DNA of 64,000 bases from the human T2T-CHM13v2.0 reference genome, Homo sapiens: assembly GCF_009914755.1 (NCBI RefSeq), contig NC_060933.1. The stretch is one strand, 5' to 3'. The notes beneath the pieces are model-generated. The model made no database searches and was not told the origin of the DNA. It saw nothing but the letters and a program-made list of their open reading frames with translations. Shown here in pieces: positions 54,257 through 64,000 of this stretch. The stretch's first letter is position 1; the number at the start of each line of letters is the position of its first letter. The position numbers and the translations under genes were made by a program.

Positions 54257-55273
54257 TTACAATTTGGCCTGATTTTGCAGTGGCTGGTACTGGTTTTTCC
54301 TTTCCATGTTTACTGCTTCCTTCAGGAGCTCTTTTAGGGCAGGCCTGGTGGTGAGAAAATCTCTCAGCATTTGCTTGTCTGTAAAGTATTTTATTTCTCC
54401 TTCACTTATGAAGCTTAGTTTGGCTGGATATGAAATTCTGGGTTGAAAATTCTTTTCTTTAAGAATGTTGAATATTGGCCCCCACTCTCTTCTGGTTTGT
54501 AGAGTTTCTGCCGAGAGATCCGCTGTTAGTCTGATGGGCTTCCCTTTGTGGATAACCCGACCTTTCTCTCTGGCTGCCCTTAACATTTTTTCCTTCATTT
54601 CAACCTTGGTGAATCTGACAATTATGTGTCTTGGAGTTGCTCTTCTTGAGGAGTATCTTTGTGTCATTCTCTGTATTTCCTTAATCTGAATGTTGGCCTG
54701 CCTTGCTAGATTGAGGAAGTTCTCCTGGATAATATCCTGCAGAGTGTTTTCCAACTTGGTTCCATTCTCCCCGTCACTTTCAGGTACACCAATCAGACAT
54801 AGATTTGGTCTTTTCACATAGTCCCATATTTCTTGGAGGCTTTGTTCATTTCTTTTTATTCTTTTTTCTCTAAACTTCCCTTCTCGCTTCATTTCATTCA
54901 TTTCATCTTCCATTGCTGATACCCTTTCTTCCAGTTGATTGCATCGGCTCCTGAGGCTTCTGCATTCTTCACATAGTTCTTGAGCCTTGGCTTTCAGCTC
55001 CATCAGCTCCTTTAAGCACTTCTCTGTATTGGTTATTCTAGTTATACATTCGTCTAAATTTTTTTCAAAGTTTTCAACTTCTTTGCCTTTGGTTTGAATT
55101 TCCTCCTGTAGCTTGGAGTAGTTTGATCGTCTGAGGCCTTCTTCTCTCAACTCGTCAAAGTCATTCTCCATTCAGCTTTGCTCCATTTCTGGTGAGGAGC
55201 TGCGTTCCTTTGGAGGAGGAGAGGCGCTCTGGTTTTTAGAGTTTCCAGTTTTTCTGTTCTGTTTTTTCCCCAT
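54257..55273 (-). pseudogene. L1 ORF1p with a premature stop
   Basis: True start ATGGGGAAAAAACAG at 55273; 338-codon span; TGG>TGA at codon 34 (55172-55174); the remainder is open. Confidence 0.9.
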
Positions 55274-55852
55274 CTTTGTGGTTTTATCTACTTTTGGTCT
55301 TTGATGATGGTGATGTACAGATGGGTTTTTGGCGTGGATGTCCTTTCTGCTTGTTAGTTTTCCTTCTAACAGACAGGACCTCAGCTGCAGGTCTGTTGAA
55401 GTTTGCTAGAGGTGCACTCCAGACCCTGTTTGCCTGGGTACCAGCAGCGGTGGCTGCAGAACAGTGGATTTTCGTGAACCGCAAATGCTGCTGTCTTATC
55501 GTTCCCCTGGAAGTTTTGTCTCAGAGGAGTACCCGGCCGTGTGAGGTGTCAGTCTGCCCCTATGGAGGGGGTGCCTCCCAGTTAGGCTGCTCGGGGGTCA
55601 GGGGTCACGGACCCACTTGAGGAGGCTGTCTGCCCGTTCTCAGATCTCCAGCTGCATGCTGGGAGAGCCACTGCTCTCTTCAAAGCTGTCAGGGACATTG
55701 AAGTCTGCAGAGGTTACTGCTGTCTTTTTGTTCGTCTGTGCCCTGCCCCCAGAGGTGGAGCCTACAGAGGCAGGCAGGCCTCCTTGAGCTGTGGTGGGCT
55801 CCACCCAGTTCGAGCTTCCCGGCTGCTTTGTTGACCTAAGCAAGCCTGGGCA

Positions 55853-55993
55853 ATGGCGGGTGCCCCTCCCCTAGCCTCGCTGCCACCTTGCAGTTTGATC
55901 TCAGACTGCTGTGCTAGCAATCAGCGAGACTCCGTGGGTGTAGGACCCTCGGAGCCAGGTGCGGGATATAATCTCCTGGTGCGCTGTTTTTAA
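55853..55993 (+). other. L1 antisense ORF0, truncated at 46 aa, first splice donor intact at 55959
   Basis: gcaATGG; MAGAPPLASLPPCSLISDCCASNQRDSVGVGPSEPGAGYNLLVRCF*; CCAG|GTGCGG. Confidence 0.8.
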
Positions 55994-56346
55994 AGCCCGT
56001 CGGAAAAGTGCAGTATTGGGGTGGGAATGACCTGATTTTCCAGGTGCCGTCTGTCACCCCTTTCTTTGACTAGGATAGGGAACTCCCTGACCCCTTGCTC
56101 TTCCCGAGTGAGGCAATGCCTCGCCCTGCTTCGGCTCGTGCAGGGTGCGCTGCACCCACTGTCCTGCGCCCACTGTCTGGCACTCCCTAGTGAGATGAAC
56201 CCGGTACCTCAGATGGAAATGCAGAAATCACCTGTCTTCTGCGTAGCTCACGCTGGGAGCTGTAGACCGGAGCTGTTCCTATTCGGCCATCTTGGCTCCA
56301 GCTCGGGTTGTTTCTTTTCTTATTGTTGAATATTAAGAGTTCTTTG

Positions 56347-56640
<294 letters not shown>

Positions 56641-58492
56641 AGGAATTCTGTGTAGTCCTTATCAGATGTTTCTTTTGCAAATATTGTCTCCCTGTCTGGC
56701 TTTTTTTCCCCTTGACGATGTCTTTTACAGAGCAAGATTTTTAATTCTAATAATGTTTAGCCTATCTTACTGTTTCTTTCATGAAGCTTGCCTTTGGTTC
56801 CTTTGATCTATTTGTCTCTTCTTTCACCAGTACCACGTCTTGATGACTGTAGCTTTTTTTTTTTTTTTTTTTGTGTCGGAATCTCGCTGTGTCGCCCAGG
56901 CTGGAGTGCAGTGGCACAATCTCTCTGCTCACTGCAAGCTCTGCCTCCCGTACTATGTCTGAGAGTTGACTAGTTTCAGTCTTCCAACTTTGATCTTCTT
57001 TTTCAATACTGTGTTGCCTTTATCTGGATCCTTTGCCTTTCCATATAAACTTTAGAGTCATCTTATTGATATCCACAAAATAGCTTACTGGGATTATGAT
57101 TGGGATTGCAATCAATCTGTAGGTCAAATTGGGAAGAACTGACATCTTAAGAACATTGAGTATTTCTATCCATAAACATTGGAATGTCTCTACATTGATT
57201 TAGTTCTTTGATTTCTTTCATTAGAGTTTTGTAGTTTTCCTCATATAAACATGGAACATATTTTGTTAGATTTGTATCAAAAGATTTCATTTTGGGGGTG
57301 CTGATGTAAATGGTATTGTGTTTTAATTTCAAATTTCACTTGTTCATTTCTGGTATACAGGAAAGTGGTAGGCCTTGTATCCTGCAGCCTTGCTGCAATC
57401 ACTTACTAGTTTCAGGAGTTTTTTGTTGATTCTTTTGGATTTTCTACCTAGATGATCATGTTGTTTGTTAACAAAGACAGTTTTATTTCTTTCTTCCCAA
57501 CCTGAATACCTTGTATTGTCGTACTGCATTACCTAGGACTTCCAGTACTATGTTGGAAGCAGTAGAAAGAGGGGGATCCTTGCCTTGTTCCTGAACTTAG
57601 TGGAAACATTTTGAGTTTCTCTCCATTAAGTATGGTGTTAGCTGTAATTTTTTTTGTAGCTATTTCTTAACAAGTTGAGTTGAGGAAGTTCCTTTCTGTT
57701 CCTATTTCACTGAGAGTTTTTATTTTGAATGAGTGTTGGAATTTGTGAAATGCATTTTTTGGCATCTATTTTTATGATTGTGAGATTTTTCTTTTTAAGC
57801 CTGTTGATGTGATGGGTTACATTGATTTTTCAAATGTCGAACCAGCCTGCATACTTGGAATAAATACCAGTTGGTCAAGGGTATAATTCTTTTTGTTAAT
57901 TGTTGGATTTGATTTGCTAATATTTTGTTGAGGATTTTTCACATCTAATTTATGAGACATACTGGTTTGTAGTTTTCTTTTGGAGTAATATCTTTGTCAG
58001 TTTTGGTATTAGGGTAATGCTGGCCTCATAGAATGAGTTAGGAAGTATTCTCTCTATTTTTCTCTTCTGCAAGAGATTGTAGAGAGTTAGTGTACTTTTG
58101 TCCTGAAAAGTATGGTAGAATTCACCAGTGAACACTTTTGTGCCTGGTGCTTTCTGTTTTGGAAAGTTATTAGTATCGATTCAATTTTTAAAATAGATAG
58201 AGGCCTATTCAGATTGTCTGTTTTCCTTGTGGGTTTTGGCAGATTGTGTCTGTCATAGAATTGGTCCTTTTGGGTTATCAAATTTGTGGACATAGAGTTA
58301 TTCACAGAATTCCTTGATTAGCTTTTTAATGTCCATGGGATCTTTGTTGATGCCCCCTCTTTCATTTTTGATACTAGTTATTTGATACTAGTTATTTATT
58401 GATTCCATTGATCTGTCAAAGAACCAGGTTTTGCTTTCAGGATTTTTTTCCATTGATTTCCCTCTTTTCAGTTTCATTGATTTCTGTTCTTG

Positions 58493-58795
58493 TTTTTTGT
58501 TTGTTTGTTTTTAGAGATAGAGTCTTGCTCAGTTGCCCAGTCTGGAATGTAGTTATATAATCATAGCTCACTGCAGCCTTGAACTCCTGGGCTCAAGGGA
58601 TCTTCCTGCCACAGCCTTCTCAGTAGTTAGGACTACAGGCATGTGCTACCATGCCCAGCTAATTTAAATCTTTTTTTGTAGAGATGGGGTCTTACTGTGT
58701 TGCCTAGACTGGTCTCAAACCCCTGGCCTCAAGTGATCTTCCCACCTCAGCCTTCTAAAGCACTGGGACTACAGGTGTGACTACCACACCCAACC
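58493..58795 (-). mobile_element. Alu (AluJ-type)
   Basis: Diverged reverse dimer. Confidence 0.88.
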
Positions 58796-58841
58796 TGATT
58801 TTTGTTCTAATTTTCATTATTTCTTTTCTGCTTGCTTTGGC

Positions 58842-58842
<1 letters not shown>

Positions 58843-58883
<41 letters not shown>
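58843..58883. repeat. (TTA)n microsatellite
   Basis: Read directly from the sequence. Confidence 0.9.
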
Positions 58884-58941
58884 GTTTTTAGTTTACCAAG
58901 GCGAAAGCTTAAATTACTTGTTTTAGATCTTCTTTTCTAAT

Positions 58942-59297
58942 ATAATCATTTGTCAGTGGTGGGGATACATTCTAAGAAATGTGATGTTTGGCAATTTTGT
59001 CATTGTGCAAACATCATAGAGTGTATTTACACAAACCAAGATGGTATAGTCTCCTACACATCTAGGCTATATTATATAGCAGATTGTTCCTAGGCTACAA
59101 ACCTGTACAGCATGTTACTGTACTGAATACTGTAAGCAGTTGTAACACAATGATAATAATTTGTGTATCTAAACATATCTAAACTTAGAAAAAAATACAG
59201 TCAAAATATGGTATTGTAATTTTATGGGACCACTTTTGTATCTGTGGTCTGTCATTGACCAAAATGTTGTTATATGGCTTATGGCTCATGACCATAT
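58942..59297. mobile_element. Tigger3a-like element, second copy
   Basis: Homologous to 34694-35027 (gcatgttactgtactgaatactgta). Confidence 0.8.
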
Positions 59298-62089
59298 GTG
59301 CATTCAGTGTTATAATTTCCCTCTAAGCACTATTTTCGTTGCATTCAACAAATTTTGATAAGTTGTGTTTTCATTTTCATTTAGTTCAAAATATTTTAAA
59401 ATTTCTCTTGAGATTTATTCTTTGACTATGTGTTGTTTAGAAGTGTGGTTTTTATATTTTTAGTAGAGATGGGGTTTCGCCATGTTGGCCAAGCTGGTCT
59501 TGAACTCCTCATCTCAAGTGATCCGCCCCCCTCCCAAAGTGCAAAGATTACAGGCATGAGCCACCGCGCCCATGCTAGAAGTGGGTTGTTTAATCTCAAA
59601 GTATTTTGGGACTTTGCAGCTATATATCTTTTTCTGTTAAGTGATTTCTAATTTAATCATTGCATGATTTCTATGCTTTTGAATTTGTTAATGTGTGTTT
59701 TACAGCCCAGAATGTAGTCTTTGTCTTGGCAAATGTTCTATAGGAGCTTGAGAAGGATGTATATTCTGCCATTGTTGGTTGAAGTAGTCTGTAGATATCA
59801 ATTACATGCAGTTGATTGATGGAGTTGTTGAGTTCAACCATGTACTTAGTGATTTTCTGCCTCTCTCCCATCACTTGTATCATTGTTGTCATTTATTTCA
59901 CTTATGCAGCAGTATGTGTAAGCACAGATACACCACACACATTCAAATAAATAGTTGCCCTTATTGTTTTGAATTAACTGTTACTGGTTAGATCAGTCAA
60001 GAATAAGAAAAATAAGTTTTTATTTTACCTTCACTTATCCTTCTCCATTGCTCTTTGTTTCTTTGTCTTTAAAGAACTTTTTAAAAACATTTCTTCATAG
60101 CATGTCTATTGGCAACAGATTTCCTCAATTTTTATTTGTCTGAGAGAGTTTTTATTTCTCCTTCACTACTGAAGGATAATTTCAAGGTATACAGAATTGC
60201 TCCTCTATAGGTAAGGTCCCCTCCTCCGCCCCCACCTGGCTTCTTTCAAGTGTTTTCCTTGTCTTTGATTTTCTGTGGTCTGAATATATGCCTAGATACA
60301 GTTTTTGTTTATGTGTGTATGGCAGGGAGCATTTATTTTGGTTGATGTTCCCTGAGCATCCTAGATCTGTAGTTTGGTGTCTGATATTAGTTTGGGATTT
60401 TCTCAGTCATTATTGTTTCAAATATATCTTCTGTTCCTTTCTGTCTTCTTCTTCTGTAATTTCCATTATACATATTTACTCCTTTCGTACTTCCACAGTA
60501 AATTTTGGATATTCTGTTCTGTGGGGTTTCTTCCAATCTTTTTTGTCTTTGCTGTTTCATCTTGCAGGTTTCTATTGAGAGATCTTCAAACTCAAAAGAT
60601 TCTTTCCAGTCAGCTATTAAGTCCATTAAATTATTCTTAATTTATGGTACAGTGCTTTTTATCTTTAGCCTTTCTTTGCGGTTTTTTCTTAGAATTTCTA
60701 GCGCTCCACTTGTATTGCCCATCTGTTCTTTTATGCTGTCTACTTTCTCCATTTTATGCTCTCTGCTTTCTCCATGAGAGCCCTCAGAATATTATAGCTG
60801 TTTTTAATTATTGGTCTGATAATTCCAGCATTTCTGCCATATCTGAGTCTTGTAATTTTTTCTTGATGACCAGACATGTATTGGGTTAAAGAAACTGATG
60901 TAAACTGGCCTTTATTAATGTGGTAGTAAGGTGTGTGGGAGGGGCAGCATTCTGTAGCACCATAATTAGGTCTCAGTCTTTTGGTGAGCCTGTGCCTCTG
61001 GACCGTGAACTTTGCAAGGGACTTCTCAGTTTTCCCCACTCCTTATTCCTGGATTTTTCGGTGGAACAGGATGGCTGGAGTGGGCTGGGGTTGGTCTGGG
61101 TATTTCCCTTTGCCCACATAGAGTAGCTCATTGGAGTTGGATATTTCCCTTTCCCCAGGTCACTTAGTCTCTGTTAAAACCCCAACAGATTAGACTATGA
61201 TTAAATAGTTTCTCTTAAGGGAACAGAAACTCTGATGTATTTCAAAATACTTCCTTTTCTCCTCCCCCTGCTGTGGAAGCATAAGGGGATTTTTCTCTGT
61301 TAGTTATTCATGGTGAGAACCTGGTAAGCTCCTGGAGGTAAAACTCACAAATGTGTGGGGACACTCCTATGACTGGGTCTCCTTGGAGCTGGACTCTCAG
61401 ACATTCTGCTGTATTCCTTAAGTAAGTACAATTTCAATTAAAATTTAAATAAAAATTTTGCCAAGGGATTATAATCTCAAGCATTTGAGATAGTTTATTT
61501 CCCTTTCATTTCCAAATGGAGTAGTTTTATGGAGAAAACTCAGCTTAATAATATCAGAAAGGCTTTTCTAATAGCCACAACTGACTAACTATGACAAGAT
61601 CAATTTTAGGAAATAGTAACTCTTCCCATCACTAAAATAATTCGGTAAGAAGCTTGACAATAACTTGAAGCCAGTGTTGTAAAGGGAATCCATTCATCAG
61701 AAGATATTGACCAGTGCTTCTCAAACTTTAAAGTGCATGCAAATCAACTGCAGATTCTGATTCAAGAGTCTTAGTGTTGGACTTGAAGTAACTTAGGCTT
61801 ATTTTTGCACACATTCAAGGTGAGAAGCACTGCCTTATTTATAAAAGCTCAGCAATATAACACAATAAAATTGTTTTATGCGGGATTTTTTTTTTTGCTA
61901 TCATAGGATCCCTCCAGAGTATGGTAGTTATATGATAGTTATAGCAGTCTATGATAGTATATGAGTCCTCTTCTTTTCTATTTGAAATTTTTGAAGTTTT
62001 TTTCAGATTGTGTCCTCTTGCTCTGGCTTTCATGAATTCTTTAAGGTGACACTGTTGCTTATTTCTAAAGTTCCCATCGTTTACAGTTT

Positions 62090-62390
62090 TTTATTGTTTG
62101 AGACAGGGTATTTCTCTATCACCCAGGCTGGAGTGCAGTGGCATCATCATAGTTCACTGTAGCCTCTAACTCCTGGCTCAAGCGGTCTTTCTGCATCAGC
62201 CTCCTGAGTTGCTAGGACTACAGGTGCATGCCACCACACCCAGCTAATTTTTAATTTTTTTTTTTTTTTTGCAGAGATAGAGGTCTCACTGTGTTGCTCA
62301 GGCTGGTCTCAAACTCCTGGCCTCAAGCCATCCTCTAGCCATAGTCTCCCAAAGTGCTGGGATTATAGGTGTGAACCACTGCACCCAGCC
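62090..62390 (-). mobile_element. Alu (AluJ-type)
   Basis: Reverse dimer. Confidence 0.9.
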
Positions 62391-63542
62391 ATCATTTCCG
62401 CGTTTACATCTGTGTTCTTCTTATTGGTCATACTTAGGTCCAAAAAAGTTAGTTTACCAAACACAGACTGTACTTTCCAGGTTATTAAATTATCAATAAG
62501 GCAAATTCAGAACTTTTCAGAGATTCTGCCTTTAGGTTCCTTTAGTTTTCCAGGTCAGTTAGGTTCCTATCATTCATCCCTTTGTGTTAGTTTTGTAGAT
62601 CACTCATTTCCACCTGGCCAGATAGTTTAACTTTCATGTATATTTTTTTCTTTTTATCATTATTCAGATATCTTTCTGCATGTTACTGCTCTTCGATTTT
62701 ATATATTTTTATATACTAACATATATGGCCTTAGCTTAGAGTGCCTTTCTTTAAGAATAGTAAAGGCTGTTGTCTCTAAGTCAAACTGCTTATGTTTAAA
62801 TCCTGTTTCTTCTTTAATTGTCTAGCTGTGCAATCTTGAGCAAGTTACTTTGACATCTTTGAGCCCCTAATAAAGATAATGATAATATAAAGTTTATGGT
62901 ATTGTAATGGTAAGGATTAATATGGAAAGCACTCAATAAATGATAGCTATTGTTGTTACTACCATTATTCGTTTTTACTTTTCTATTTAACTTAGGAAGA
63001 AAACTTTGATTGTTGCCTTTGAAATTGTATATTTTACTTTGTATTTATCTTAGGTTCACTTTTTTACTCATACTTGGAGAATTTACGTGTTGATTTATAG
63101 CAGTTGAGGCTTTAACTGTTTTCTATCCCCTTCTCAGTTTTCTCATGTGAATGACTAATACCAATGATAACATTTTTCCCCCATAATGTTTTCTGTTGTA
63201 AGTAGAACTTTTCTCCCCTAAAATCCAGTGTATACATCTTCATTTTCTTTATCTAGGTTTCCCATCACTTCTGCATTCTGACAGAGAGTGCACATACACA
63301 TAGATATTACTACTACTTTGATAAAAAAAAATGATTTAAAACGCCGTCTTCTCAACCTTACTTCTTCCCTTCTTTTGGGCTTTCAACAATGGCTTAACAG
63401 ACCAAGACCATGCTTATTGTACAGTCAAATAGATTGCATGAACAGTTAGGATTTCCCTTTTTGGTAAAATGAGGTATGATTAAAAAAAAAAAGAAACCTT
63501 TTTCTGGAGGAGTTTCGTCCAGAAGGAAAACTGTAATAAGAT

Positions 63543-63843
63543 TTTTTTTTTTTTTTTTTGAGACAAGGTCTTGCTGTGTTGCCCAGGCTGGAGTACAGTG
63601 GCACAACCACTGCAGCCTCAACCTCCTGGGCTTAAGCAACCCTCCTGCCTCAGCCTCCTGAGTAGCTGGGACCACACAGGCATGCACCGCCATACCCAAC
63701 TAAATTTTTCTGATTTTTTTGTCAAAGTGAGATGGGGTCTCACTTTGTTGCCCAGGGTGGTCTCAAACTCCTGGGCTCAAGTGATCCTCCTGCCTCAGCT
63801 TCTTAAAGTACTAGGATTACAGGCATGAGCCACTATGCCCAGC
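63543..63843 (-). mobile_element. Alu (AluJ-type)
   Basis: Reverse dimer. Confidence 0.9.
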
Positions 63844-64000
63844 AGAAAAATGTAGTAGGTTTTAAAAATTCATGAAGGATGCATTTAAATCTCTAATTTT
63901 TAATATTCTGTAGCATAAAAATTTTCTATAAGATGGAATCAAATTAACTTATAAAATGAAGAAATATCTATTAATTCCATAAATGCCACTATAATGTATC

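Overview
Human (or very close great-ape) genomic DNA, rich in primate repeats. It holds the CpG-island promoter and first seven coding exons of FSD1L on the + strand: ATG at 8865, then exons at 22177, 24891, 28845, 32563, 40013 and 45032. These encode the N-terminal coiled-coil/COS region; the FN3/SPRY exons lie beyond the window. The remainder is upstream DNA and intron with about 30 Alus, MaLR/ERV LTRs, DNA transposons, old L1M/L2/MIR/L3 copies and one full-length, retrotransposition-dead L1PA3-like element antisense in intron 7 (50151-56304). Most notable: (1) the L1 antisense ORF0 is open to its first splice donor, in the same phase as FSD1L exon 7, and the L1 also has a sense-strand polyA signal, so it could split FSD1L into N- and C-terminal products; (2) the L1 carries a ~660-bp 3' transduction; (3) exon 2 takes its acceptor from the terminal repeat of a MER33 transposon; (4) intron 5 has a read-through/polyA unit giving a short isoform with a hydrophobic tail; (5) a 23-nt frame-shifting microexon has two upstream TGCATG motifs. 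Gene and repeat names come from recalled sequences, not database searches. Repeat boundaries are approximate. I found no wholly novel multi-gene system; the candidates are transposon-driven remodelling events at one gene.
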